A DNA stretch of 63,857 nt from Psammoneis japonica (GCA_008632985.1 QPGO01000030.1:124001-187857), one strand, 5' to 3'. Positions 23,280-35,159 are shown, counted from the stretch's first letter. Notes: a model not told the origin generated them from the sequence alone. Numbers and translations are program-made.

Positions 23280-24020
23280 GCTCTTGCCATCCACAGAAAC
23301 TCTCCTGGCACCCACCTTTGGATGCTGCTGTCAGAGCTGAGTTCATGTGTGATCTCAATGCTGCTCAGCACATTGTTGCCTGTGGTGTGACCACTTTGCA
23401 AACCACTGCCACCAATGCTCACTGGGACAAGTGGTGTCAGCTCTGCACCACTTTGAACCACCCCTTAAATTAAGGATGACGACCCTGCTGTTGTCTTCCT
23501 CCAAGTCATCCCCCACCACTTCCCAGCCAGAGTTGTTGACTTGTTGCCCCACATGGCAACCCCATCCATGGATGCACCACACACTGAAGATGCCACACAG
23601 TCAGCTGGGCAGGCATTCACTTCAGGTGTGCCAGATCTACACCACATGTCCCAAGGCCTTGTGGATTTCTGCTTCACCCATCCAGCAAGTTCATTTCTGC
23701 AAGTTCAACAAGTCAAGCACCTCTGCACCTGTGGTGCTTGCATTTTGCCAAGCACCATTGCCAGCATGCTTCACAATGCCATCATTTCATTGGGGCCAGC
23801 CAATCTTGGTTTTTGCCACCCACAACAATGCTGCTCAGCATCTGTGGATTGCAGGCACTTTGGCCTTGTTTTGCATTCACGTTGACACCAATCTGACCCA
23901 GCTCTTGGGCTGGCAGCACTCTGGTGAAATGTCACACTGCCTGTGTCTGGAGGCAGAACCCACCATGTGCAACCTCACCTGCAACATGCTTGCGGCAGGC
24001 AGCAACTTTGTCCTCCATCT
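23280..24020 (+). pseudogene. Tyrosine recombinase remnant of the Ngaro element
   Basis: HWDKWCQLC at the N-terminal side. C-terminal HLWIAGTLALFCIHVDTNLTQLLGWQHSGEMSHCLC matches the recalled consensus xSLRAGGAxAL..I.LLGRWxSDxMxRYL. Confidence 0.75.
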
Positions 24021-25114
24021 CAACACAGACATTTTGACAAATCCCCAAGATCCCTGAGTGCCACACCCCTCTGGACTTGACCCATCAACCTGCTGCTCAA
24101 TGATGTGATGCACATCCTTTGTGAGTGCCTTGCACTGCAGGTGGAGCTGGAAGGCCCTGCTGCTCCAGCTTGGTTCAGGGAGTGAGGCTGTGACTCTGTC
24201 AGAGAAGCCATTCCAGCCCAGCTTTAGAACTTGCACCTCTCCAGCAGTTTGCAAGAGAGATGCAGCAGGAGAAGGAACAAGAAGGGTGCAGGTGTGGTTG
24301 CCCACATTGTGACATTCAATGAGTTGAAATGACCCACCCTCCACCAACCGTCTGGGTCATTTCCATCACACAAACCATTTGAGCACACTTGCACAAGATT
24401 GAGAGCATTGGCTGCTGCTCTGGTTTTCCTCACTCTTCTTTCATTTTCTTGAAAACCAGCAAAGAGCAACAGCCACAGCAGACAACTCTCAGCAATCCAC
24501 CTCTCCCATCCTCTGGCCCTGCTGCTCCAGCTTGGGGGTCGTTGGGGAATGAGGCTTGTGCATCCACTGGCAAAGCCACTCCAGCACAGCATTGGAACTT
24601 GCACCTCTCCAGTTTGCTAGAGAGAGAGAGAGAGAGAGACATCCAGGAGAGGGAACGAGAAGGGTGGTGGCAGCCACACACAAAGCTGCCTGAAGGAGCA
24701 ATGCACATGTGTCATCTGTCCGTCCGCCATCACTTCTGTCCTCGATCGTGTCGGACACAGAACACCTTTCCCTCTAGCTCAAACCCACTGTGCTTAGATG
24801 CTTCTACAATGTTGTGGCAGAGGTTGTGTCTCCACATTCTGCCTGCGCATGTTACATCCAGAGCCTGCCGCTTTGCAGAGGCGTCTCTGAATGTGATTGG
24901 GATGGATCTTTAGAGTAGTTCTTGTTTGCTGTCTTTGGTAAGGGCCAAGTCGAGTGAGTCGATGGCCTGTTCGACGGCAGGGGAACAATTCATCGGCGAA
25001 GATGATAGAAGATATTGAAACAAATTAAAACTACCTAGAAACCATCCAATTATGTTTTCAGAAAGCTGTTGTGTAGAACTAAAAGCAGTCGAATGCTGTT
25101 TGCATGATAAAAAA

Positions 25115-26458
25115 TCAATAGACGTCGTTTTCACTGACCCTCCTGGAAGCTTTCGATAGTGGTTCGATCTTTGAGAGATCACCCGGTTCCAAAAGGGACC
25201 AATAATTTGAAGATCGTTCCCGGAGGCGGTCCTGTAGAAAGAAGGTGGTCATCTCACCAATTCCTTTAACTTGGATTGCGCCCCTGCAGGAAAATGTAAA
25301 TTCACCGTTGGGAACGCAATCTACAATCTTTTTGGTGACCTGTATCCGTCTCGGCTCTCCCGTACTTTCCATTCTCGAAGCGACATTGACCGGATGCCCC
25401 CAAACATCGTACAAGAATCGTTTTGTTCCAATCACACCGGCTACAATGGGCCCGCAATCCATTCCCAATCTTACACTCAGAGGCTTTTCCATATCGTCGG
25501 CATGATCGAAGTTGAACTGGTCCAAGACATCAATCATGTCCAAGGCAAAGTGACAAACAGCTTTGCACATGAGACTAGGATCTCTGCCACGATTGGGAAC
25601 AGAACAAATCATATAGCAATCCCCAATTGTCTTGATTTTGTTGAGTCCATACACTTCCAGACGCTTATCGAACCTGCTAAAGAGGTCGTTGAGCATCGCT
25701 ACGACATGGGCGGCTTCCATGCGGCTTGACATTTCTGTGAACCCCACAATGTCCGCAAATAGTATCGTAGCTGTCGTGAAATGATCTGCAATGTGACGGG
25801 GGTCTTCTTGAAGTCGTGTTGCAACCTCTTCTGGCAAGACATTCATTAGAAGCTCCTCAGCGGCGCGTTTCTGGACAGCTAGTTCCATTGCTTCCTTTTC
25901 TTTGGTAATATCTCGGAGAAAGGCAACCGTCAGGGTCGAATGCTTTCCTGGAAGTTTCTTGATGCCTATGATGCAAGGAAATTCAGTTTGGTCCTTGCGT
26001 TTCGCAAGAACTTCTCGAAGCACACCGAAATGAGGCGAATGCATTCCTCGGCGTCGGTACTTTTCAAAGTATTCATCGTGATACTTGGCCTCACCTCCGC
26101 CCACCATCACTGAAACGCTCTTTCCAAGCAGTTCAGACTCATCCGAGTAACCAAGCACACGACGAGCAGCTTTGTTGACTTTAATAATTTTTCCACGTGG
26201 GTTCGAAAGAATGATGGCTTCAAAGGATGCATCAAGCAACGTACGATTCAGTTCTCGTTCATCCTCTACCGTCATGTTTTCGAGATTCTCGAGGGACGAC
26301 TCTCCCGTTTCTTCTTGCTCTTGACACCGTTTGAGACTGGCCGACACAGCTGCCGTCCCAAACTGTTCGATAAGCTTTTGCATTTGTGCATCCAGCAAGT
26401 CCCCACGACCGCACGGGCACACGCCATTTGTTGATCCGTTGCTCCTTACAGCACTCAT
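25115..26458 (-). CDS. Soluble PAS domain + class III adenylate cyclase
   Basis: PAS (LLDASFEAII..VNKAA..RKDQTEFP..FLRDIT); cyclase TILFADIVGFT, KIKTIGDCY, YDVWGHPVNVASRMES. First in-frame ATG is 26458; the frame stays open further upstream, so the start is uncertain. Confidence 0.9.
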   Translation of the reverse strand: MSAVRSNGSTNGVCPCGRGDLLDAQMQKLIEQFGTAAVSASLKRCQEQEETGESSLENLENMTVEDERELNRTLLDASFEAIILSNPRGKIIKVNKAARRVLGYSDESELLGKSVSVMVGGGEAKYHDEYFEKYRRRGMHSPHFGVLREVLAKRKDQTEFPCIIGIKKLPGKHSTLTVAFLRDITKEKEAMELAVQKRAAEELLMNVLPEEVATRLQEDPRHIADHFTTATILFADIVGFTEMSSRMEAAHVVAMLNDLFSRFDKRLEVYGLNKIKTIGDCYMICSVPNRGRDPSLMCKAVCHFALDMIDVLDQFNFDHADDMEKPLSVRLGMDCGPIVAGVIGTKRFLYDVWGHPVNVASRMESTGEPRRIQVTKKIVDCVPNGEFTFSCRGAIQVKGIGEMTTFFLQDRLRERSSNYWSLLEPGDLSKIEPLSKASRRVSENDVY

Positions 26459-26731
26459 GCTGTCGCTGTCGCAGCTGCACGCGTCGAGTTTGTAGAGGAT
26501 CGGTTTTGCCTCCTCTACTTTTCTGAAGTTACCTTCGCCGGGGTTCTCGGAACGTTCTGTTTGGACAACGCTTGACGATAATGCGTGGTGTATCGTAGAT
26601 CGTAGTTCAAGGCTGATGTCAAAAACTGCATGCACACGGGACACGGGAAAGGGGTTCTTTAGAAAAATCGAAATGATGAATGAGAAATGCTCAGAAAATC
26701 AAAATGAGAAAACAGATCTTTTGTGACATAA

Positions 26732-26739
26732 TGACGTCA
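26732..26739. promoter_or_regulatory. TGACGTCA (CRE/bZIP-type) palindrome in a divergent promoter
   Basis: Exact motif between the cyclase (-) and 26883 (+) genes; function inferred only. Confidence 0.3.
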
Positions 26740-26882
26740 CAAAAATTGAAAAAGATTTTATTCGATCGGTGCGGTTGGGTTGTTGACCAGTTTTGAAGAC
26801 GCCAGTTAGGGTTACATCTATTTCAATTCACCTATGGCTACTACCCTTCTTGTTGTGACCTGTCAGTGAACGCCTTAGAGTC

Positions 26883-27614
26883 ATGAGTGGTTTTACTACA
26901 GTAGTTGTAGTGTCATTGTTGATGGTGACGATGCACCTCAACTGTGCGGACGCATTTGGTTTTGCACATTCTCAGCTCCGTACAGCACCGAAAACTACAT
27001 CAGGCACTAGTTGCTCGATATTAATGTCAGAGAAGGTATCAACTTTCATCCATGATGTCTATGATAAGGATACTTTGGAAGCTCAGAGTGCCAAGTCGGC
27101 GACGAGTCGACGAGCTGTTTTGGGGTCGTTCATGTTGTGGCCAATTCTACAGGAATCTGCTTATGCGACAACCGGGAGCGTCAAGACATCTCAATACTCC
27201 GGAGCTTCGTCTTCAAGAAGGTCAAAAATAAAACCAGAAGCTGCATTCAGAGGACTCATTCAAGCGCGGGATGAACTTCAACGGGCGTCCGAGACGTACA
27301 TTGCGAAGAAAGACTACGATGGATTACGGACATTTCTCTCTGAGGATGCCGAAAACATCAACAACTTTGAAGAAAACGCTCTGGCAATATTAGCTTCAAA
27401 GAAACTAGACGACGAAGACAAGAAAGCCATTGGTACAATTAGACGTTATGGTGTTGGGGCTGACGTCTTGATTATGTATGGTGGGCTCCTGGCTGAAATC
27501 GATGAAAGCAACGACGAACCAGACGGCGATACTGTACAGAAGTACCTTACTCGAACCATTGAGAGCCTTGATGAAGTCATTGCAATTTGTCGTAACGGTG
27601 GCTTTGACGGATAA
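26883..27614 (+). CDS. Hypothetical plastid protein, probably thylakoid-lumen targeted
   Basis: Signal peptide ending ADA-F, Ser/Thr-rich transit region, twin-Arg SRRAVL plus hydrophobic stretch and AYA; helical-looking C-terminal domain. Confidence 0.75.
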   Translation: MSGFTTVVVVSLLMVTMHLNCADAFGFAHSQLRTAPKTTSGTSCSILMSEKVSTFIHDVYDKDTLEAQSAKSATSRRAVLGSFMLWPILQESAYATTGSVKTSQYSGASSSRRSKIKPEAAFRGLIQARDELQRASETYIAKKDYDGLRTFLSEDAENINNFEENALAILASKKLDDEDKKAIGTIRRYGVGADVLIMYGGLLAEIDESNDEPDGDTVQKYLTRTIESLDEVIAICRNGGFDG

Positions 27615-27870
27615 TACCAAGGCCTGTAAGCGATGACACCGGGAGACAGATCGATCGTCTCTCAACCATTGCCTCACTGCCATATCCACGCATTCAGCGA
27701 CAGGCAGGTGCTGCAGCTAAAACATTACAGGAGGTATATATTTCATTGAGTATATAGTTCTTTTTTAGTAAAATGATGCATAGTGGAAGATTGTACAGGG
27801 TTTCCGTTTGCTCTGATTAGCTGAGAAGCGAGCCTGGCATTGAAACGGCGATAAAAGTGATGTAGACATT

Positions 27871-29002
27871 TTATGGAAAGAGGCCAAACCACTTGTTCTT
27901 CTTCTGCTTATCTTCGTCCTTCTCGGGAATAGGTGCCTTGGCTTGAGCTCCTCCACTTAGGAATGCGAATGGGCCCTCGCCGCTGCTGTACTTCTTGTCT
28001 GTCTCGGTCCATTCAATCTTCTTCGCTCCCCTAACGTCCGAGTTATCCCACGAGCCACCACTACAAGTTGTCATTCATCACGACAGAAGGAAAAGGCATC
28101 AGATTGACCCGGAAAAGAATGCCGCATTACAGATTCCGTCTACATTGGACTTACCGTTGCATGTACTGCGATGTGATGAACGGGAATGGTGCATTCGTAG
28201 AAAAACATTTTCAGAAAGGTACGCCAAGACATTAATTCAGCTATATCTCTCGCAACTAAAACTCACCGGCACATCCTCTTCTTTGATAAGGCCCTTCTTG
28301 AGCTTAGCCTCAGCAAACATCTCAGGGAATAAATGATGAACCTTGCCGGCCTTGAGATCTTCCTGAAAAGACTGTAGCGATCGCGACTTGAAGGAAGTCG
28401 GACCACGCACTCCAAACTTCTTTTTCTTCAATTCCGACTTTTCCTGTCGTTGAATGTCATGCCACTGATGAGGGGTCATGCCATCGGGGACGTATCCGAC
28501 ATTCACGTCGGAGTTATCATAGCTCCCACCGCGTTGCTCGTACCTGCAAAAACAGGACAAATTGTTGGTTGGTCCAAAGCTGTGAGCTGCTTTCGGAGAT
28601 TCCAACGAATAAAACTTACGGAACATCGCTAGGGCGTATCTGGTGCTTCTTAACGCGTTCTTTAGCAAACATAACGGGAAATTGATGCCGGACCTTTCCC
28701 GCGTACAAATCCTTCTGAAAGTCTTCAAGCGAGCGCGACTTGAAATGTTTGGCGTGCTTTGGATGTTTGTCACGAAACTTTTGCGCCTCCCATTTCTCTT
28801 TCTTTGAAGAGACAAAGCAACATGGTGGTCAGACGGTACATTTCAGGGTTTCATTTCCCTCTTCACTCTGTCGACTCACCGACATTCCGTCAGGCACATA
28901 TCCTTCTAAGAGGGCGGTCCGAGAACGAGATTTGACGGCAAACGGGCTGCCGGTAAAGGCCCTGACGCCTCCGACGACGAACGCTAACACAATAAACTTC
29001 AT
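27871..29002 (-). CDS. Five-exon plastid-targeted protein with an internally duplicated uncharacterised domain
   Basis: Exons 29002-28880, 28801-28620, 28543-28267, 28165-28155 and 28060-27871 (all GT-AG) splice to one ORF: MKFIVLAFVVGGVRA-F.., then twice GYVPDGM..KSRSL..FQ.DL.AGKV.H.FP.MFA..DVPY.QRGGS.DNSDV. Confidence 0.85.
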
Positions 29003-29179
29003 ATGGGTGTTGACTAAAGCCGCTATGAGTTAGCTGTTATTGCAATGCTTATCCAGATTAGATCTTTCCTTTTTTGAAACGACGAATGAGAACCCCGTTT
29101 CAAAGTGAAGAAGAGTGGGATCAAGGAGGTGATGTCCCACCACGCGCAAGTTCGTTCGCGCCATCCATCCGAGTGTCCG

Positions 29180-30380
29180 AGCTCATTCCTTTCTCCTGTC
29201 AACGTTGCACTGCACGTCGATGACAGTCAAGAGTGAGTTTTCACTTGCAGCCCATGCCGCCCACCCTTTGCGGCTCTCCGGCTGTTGTAGAGAGCCAACC
29301 TGCCCGGGTGTCCCCAATCTGGTCCTCGAGCTTGAGGTCCAGTGCTCATGGCTTGCACCACAACCAACCAGAGAGCTCATCTGGTGTGGCATGAGCCGCC
29401 GCGCAGCACAGCACCAGAGCTGGCTGCGGGAAGAAGCAGAGTCAGAGAGCGACAGAGGGCAATCATCACGTTGATTGGTTCAGTGGCACAACTGGAGGAG
29501 GGGACAGCACACAAGGTTTGCCAGCGCGCTCAGATCAAAACGACAAATGCCCCCCCCCCCCCCAGCGCGCTCTCTCTCTCTGCTCTTTTTGCCCCAGACT
29601 TGTGGCGTCATTCACACAGCCTTGTTCACATGCTGGTGGAAACTGTGTTGGGTTGCACTGGACCTGCAACTTGGACAAAAAAGCTGCAGCATGTGTCGGC
29701 GACTGCTGGAAGATGCGAGCCATGCCCAACGAAGTTGATTTTCTTTCAGAAAAAAAACGAAGCCAGAGCTGTGCAAGTGCGCAGTTCTAAAATGCCTGTG
29801 CTGCTGCTGGCTCTGGCTCATGCTCAATCCAGTGGGCAGGAGTGTTAGCATGATTGCTGGTGTCAGCTGTCAGTGGTCCATGTTGAGAGGTCATGCAGGA
29901 GCTGGGCTTTGATGTTGTGCCTTGGATGCATGCAAAGCCCATGTGTCACTCTCTGACGAGCTGCTTGGAACGACCCCCCTGCCTTTTTGTTTGTCGGTGG
30001 ATGCACCCACACAGCTGTGCAAAGTCAGTGCAGCACTCCTCTGGCTGAACATTTCTTCGTGGAACATGCCAACTCAGAAATGTTCTCACAACTGCAACAG
30101 TCAACCACAGCCCACCAACAACCCACATTTGCTCAGCTGCCCACTTGGCGGCGCACAACAAGAGGCAACAAAGCTCTCTTTTGAGTGTGCACAATCACAT
30201 CTGGTAAGATGAGTTTCTCCACACAATGGCACAAGTGCAACAAATGCAATGCAACAAATGCAATGATGGTCAGAATGATGACAGCAGAATGCCTCACTGC
30301 TCTCCTGCTGGCCTGCGCGTGTGGCAGGTTAGGTGTCGGTCTCGTGTTCGTGTGTGCGTCGTTCTCTCTCAACAATTGAA
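29180..30380. repeat. Decayed repeat block 4 (class unresolved)
   Basis: TA nearly absent, CG partly retained, TG/CA-rich; no recognisable protein motif. Confidence 0.65.
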
Positions 30381-30841
30381 ATGTTTACAGTATTATCTTC
30401 AGATATATAAGAAGTTTAATAGTTAGTTTTACACACTATGTACAAGTGTATATATTTGTAAATTAGTCCAATAATTCAGGGTTGTAGAGGGGATTACGGC
30501 ATCCGTGTACCAGCGGTTATGTACAAAGGCTATTCAACGCCTTGTACGTAGGATTTGTACTATCCACTACGACGGTCCGGTCAGAACGAATTTTTCGAGA
30601 CAAAGCGATTTTTCGACAAGCCGACCGAAGACCCTCAACACCTCGCTTGTCATTTTGAGACCGAGACAAAGCGCTTTTGAGACAAGTTTGTCAAAAGTTT
30701 GTTTCTCGCAAGAGTTACGATAGACTGATACCATAAAAGAGTGGTAAGGAGACACACCGTGATCTAGAGAAACAAACTGAGGCTTTTTCTTGGGAGTAAA
30801 AAGAGGGCAAAACACAAGTCACGTGACTAAACTTAGAAACC

Positions 30842-33800
30842 ATGGAGAATACAGTTGAGTTTGATACTGTCGACATCGATGATGACGAATTGTCAGTGCC
30901 GTTAGATACTGGGATTTCCATCAGAAAGCACTCATTGGAGTTGTCGGCCACTAGCAGTCATGATGATGATGACAATAACAGTGACACCTCTGAGGCATGC
31001 TCGGCTTCTGAGATGAATCGAAGTCGATATCACGGATGCATGGTAGTTTTGGGGTTATTCCTCGTGGCAGCCACAACCGAATGGGGTGGATTGTTTACTA
31101 TGTCTAGATCACTGCGTCAAACACCGAATATGCCTTTTGATGTGAACGGTCCTCCCATTGCCAAAAAGGTCATGGCAAATGGGAAGCGAGCCGCTGCAAC
31201 CCTTGAAAAACCCAAAAAACCCATTGCAGCACCAGACAGCGAGCGAAAACTTCCCTTTCCCGTGATTGATGATGATGACACTATTCCGGGACAATCGGCT
31301 ATTTCCATGACTGCAGCAGACAAGCTTGAATGCAGGGAAGCAGTGATTGATTACGTGGTCAATGCCACGGATGCAAAGGACGAGTGTGACGGCCTAAAGA
31401 AGGCCTTTGACAAGACGTGCAACTCTGATTCGGCACAAGAAATTCTGGAAGGAAAATCTTCGGAAGGCGGGAGGAAACATAGACGTTTGTTTGAGTCGGC
31501 TGAAAATCCCAGTTGGAAACGTCAGACTCTTGAGCTTTCTGTGACTGTCAACCGCTTTCTTTCGAAGTACATCTTCTTCCGTCGTCGTCCGGATCTCTTC
31601 TTTCCCGAGGAAGAAATAATGGGTGAGTCCTGGGACACAGCAAAATATTTGGTGGAGAATGCAATGATTGAAGAAGGGGATCAGAACAGTCAGAAAAAAG
31701 CCGAAGAAACGCCAAGCTGGAGAAGAGGACTAGAAGAATCATCGGAAAACAACGAAACAGTTGTAAAGAAGCAAACCGAGGCTTCGGTCGACAAACCCCT
31801 CCAGAGTCTCTCCCTCCCGACCGCCAGTGAGCATGTATCAAACCAAATGCTAAGTGAGGCGCTTATGCTTCATAATGAGGGAGACGTAATCAAAACAGCC
31901 ATGGCCGCTGCTGCCAACAACACCAACGCCACCTTGAAGGAGGCAGCTGTGGATGCTGTGATGTCATCCAAAGCTGTAGCGGAAGCGTCGGCTGCGGTGT
32001 CTGCAGTACTAAGCGATCCTACCTCTGTAGAAGCTCGAACATGCTGTGCTTCAATTCTAAATGTCTTTCACGAAAATTGCAATTTTCCCGAAGGAGAAGA
32101 AGTGTCCGACAAACGCCTGATTATTATCTTTTTCGTTATTGCATGCTGCGGAATGGTGAAGAGTCTTATTCGTCATTTCGAAATTCGATGGCTTCCTGAA
32201 GCCGGTGGGTGTATTCTCGTCGGAGGTAAGTCCGATTGGCGGTGGTATGGCTTTGCGCTGTTTCACCCAAATCCTTACACTTTTAAGCTTCTTTTTCTTT
32301 AGTCATTGGCGGTGCTATTCTCGCTGCTGTCCCTCACTACGACTTAAGTTTCGATGGAAACTGGTTCCTCCGGATTATGGTCCCTCCAATCGGTAAGGAT
32401 GCGAATGTATTCTGCCTGCAGCTGCCGTCATCGTGATATCGCGTGCTTATTCACCCTGCCTCCTTTTGTCCTCGCCAGTTTTCGAGGCAGCCGTAAGCAT
32501 TGACAAGAAGTCCTTCAATAGGCATTTGGTTCCAATCGTGATTTATGCAGTAGCAGGAACGCTACTCGCGACTGCGCTGACCGCATTTGTGGTCCACAGA
32601 GGATCTATGATGCTTAGTTCCCTCGGTCTCTGCAGCACAATCCCATTTGTCGAGTCGCTCACATTCGGAGCGCTCATTTCTTCTATTGACCCCATTGCAG
32701 TACTCAGCGTGCTTAGCAACATGGGTATGACGGATACAGATACCATCTACGTCGTGATCTTTGGCGAATCTCTTCTTAATGACGGGGTCTCTATTGTTCT
32801 GTTTCAAACCTTGACCCACTTCCTTGACGAGTCGTTAATAATCGATGGGGAAGCCGTCATGGCTGCAGCTGTGCATTTTCTGGTGGTTGCTCTAGGCTCG
32901 TTGTTTGTGGGTATCGCATCCGGCATGCTTTGCACAGTGTATTACTGGTTAATGCATGGCTGCCACCAACCTCTCGTGGAGGTGTTAATGTTCTTCTGCT
33001 GGGCCTTTATGCCTTACTACGTTTGTGACGGCATTGAATGGTCCGGAATCGTCGCCGTTGTTGCAACAGGTTTTGTCATGGACCTGTTTGTCGTCGGAGG
33101 ACATGAATCCCACGGCGAAGCTGGTTTTGATGCCTCGAGTAAACAGAATACTCCGGTGAAACAGTCCGATGCAACGCCCAAGCGACAAGGAAGACGAGGT
33201 AGACCGATCTTTTCCAAAGATGGACACCTGTCCTCATTAGCAAAGACGCATGTCGGGTTTGTGACCGAAATCTTATCCACCATGATGGAGACTGCAATCT
33301 TTGCTTATCTTGGGCTGTTTCTTTTTAGCTACCGATGTAAGAATTCGTTCGTGTGCAGTTTAGGTTCCGTCTTCCCATATTCTCACCGGTGTGCTCTGCG
33401 TCTTTTCTACAGATCACTGGAATGCCTTTCACACTGTGATCGCAATTGTCGGATGCTGTCTCAGTCGCGGCATTATGATTCCTTCAATGAGCTTGCTTGC
33501 GAACTGGATTACAGCGGTACAGCAATTTCGCACTAGCAACTGCCGGCCGCAGAGACTGTGTGATATCAGGAAAGGCAACGTGAAGAATCCAGCCGGGGTT
33601 ATAATAGATGGAAAGATGCAGCTGGTTCTGTGGTTTGCAGGGCTTCGTGGAGCCATGTCCTTTGCGCTGGTGGAGCACATTCCTCTGTACGACCCGGTCA
33701 CTGGACTGGGTTCAAGACTTAAGCCGGAGCTGAAGGCTATGACATCGGCCTGTATTATCTTTACCGTCTTTGTTCTTGGCGGTTATACTTACTTTATGAT

Positions 33801-33987
33801 GGAACGTATGGGTTTGACCCCTAACAAAGATTCGAAGAATGTCGAAATGACTTCGTTGTTGCACCTTGAGACGGAGGCGAAGAACTCGTTCGACATGGAA
33901 GATGCGCAAAAGTCGCAGGACCCTAGATTCAGACAGAGACATTCCCCGTCACTTGCCAGAACTGTGAAGACAACCGTTCCACCATAG
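30842..33987 (+). CDS. Na+/H+ exchanger (CPA1, NHX/NHE family) with long N-terminal extension
   Basis: Exons ~30842-32225, 32303-32392, 32479-33336 and 33413-33987; WLPEAG, PPIVFEAA, FGALISSIDPIAVL, IFGESLLNDGVSIVLF, WFAGLRGAMSFAL. Confidence 0.9.
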
Positions 33988-34234
33988 ACTTCAATAGTCG
34001 CGAATAATTCGACAATAGAGGAGTAAATACAATTTTATCTATACAGACGCTACTCCACGGTTTCTCACTCAATCTCATTTCTTCCCGTAGCACGTAAAAC
34101 AGAGAAACGCCGCGAACGTCTGTCGTTTCACTATAATCAAAACGATACCATACAGTCAACACAATCTTTCTAAAGCTTCTAATTTCACACACATGTCATG
34201 GGAAATTAGAGAGCAACGACCTCAAGCCATTTTC

Positions 34235-34765
34235 CTATTTGTTCTCTTCCTCAATATCACTAAAAATCATCGGATCGGAACGCAGCAGCTGTTCCTTGTA
34301 CATTTCTGCGTGTTCCATTGGATACTTCCCACACATCGCCTTTCCCTCTTGTTGAGCTTGTTGAAACACATTCGCAGCCTGGTCTTCGTCCATCTCTTCC
34401 ACGATTGCACACAACCTCTCAACGACGTGACCAAGATCATACGCATCATCCCCGAGAAGCATCACCTTGTACAGAGGCGCTTCTTCAAAATCATCCTCCC
34501 TTCTGCTCGTCGGCTCGTCAACCTTGTTTCGCTTTTTCACCCGGCTTTTTTGTTTGGTAACCTGCTTGGTCGTTTGGGCCGTTTTAATGGCAGGCTTTGC
34601 AATCGCCGCTCCACCGCCACTGTCTTCGTCCCTCCCGGCGGCGTTCAAGTTCCACGAGTTCACTTCTCGGCTCCCGACAAAGGACGGAGGAATCGGCGAG
34701 ACAACAAATGCATCTCCAAAGGAGACTAGAGATAAAGCAACGGGAATAACACTGAATCGAACCAT
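34235..34765 (-). CDS. clpS: Clp protease adaptor ClpS, plastid-targeted
   Basis: Signal peptide ending GDA-F; APLYKVMLLGDD, HVVERL, AQQEGKAMCG..EHAEMYKEQL. Confidence 0.85.
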   Translation of the reverse strand: MVRFSVIPVALSLVSFGDAFVVSPIPPSFVGSREVNSWNLNAAGRDEDSGGGAAIAKPAIKTAQTTKQVTKQKSRVKKRNKVDEPTSRREDDFEEAPLYKVMLLGDDAYDLGHVVERLCAIVEEMDEDQAANVFQQAQQEGKAMCGKYPMEHAEMYKEQLLRSDPMIFSDIEEENK

Positions 34766-35159
34766 GTTATAAGTCGTCGACACGAATAAGAAGTAGTTGT
34801 AGAATAGAACAAAGGAACAAGGAGAGACGGTGATGTGAGTGGTGCGTGAGTCGTCGCGAACACATCAGTCGTTGGACGGGATTTCTCGCTCGTAGGTAGG
34901 GCCCTAGGTACACTTTCTACGTCCTCATTCTTCAAGTTCAGGAAATCATCACGGGTTCTGAGTCTGTCGTGGTGCCACGCGGAAACAGAACAAAACAACA
35001 CTGAAACACCACCGTGGTCGGGACCAAAAATGCTGAGAAGCAAAAGCTACCTACTACTCCCCATTAGAGAGTACCGTAGATGGACTACAGAACCAGTTGA
35101 AAATGAAGATGAGTTATAATTAAAATATACAGTGCTGTGAACGGATCTCCTACGTCCGA

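Larger units (their letters stand above)
16850..24625 (+). mobile_element. Tyrosine-recombinase retrotransposon (Ngaro-type, split direct repeats), decayed
   Basis: A1 ~16850-16985 matches A2 ~24319-24453; B1 ~24153-24260 matches B2 ~24515-24625, giving the order A1...B1-A2-B2. Internal RT and YR remnants are present. Confidence 0.85.
16450..24900. repeat. Decayed repeat block 3 (TpA/CpG-depleted), mostly one Ngaro element plus nested DNA
   Basis: Composition as in block 1; boundaries approximate. Confidence 0.85.

Noticed and set aside
24619..24638. (GA)n microsatellite
   Set aside because: Short simple repeat at the end of the Ngaro B2 repeat; no separate significance.
16450..24900. Classical fungal RIP, or CpG deamination alone, as the cause of the bias
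   Set aside because: RIP enriches TpA and lowers GC. CpG deamination cannot turn Tyr codons into Cys/His.
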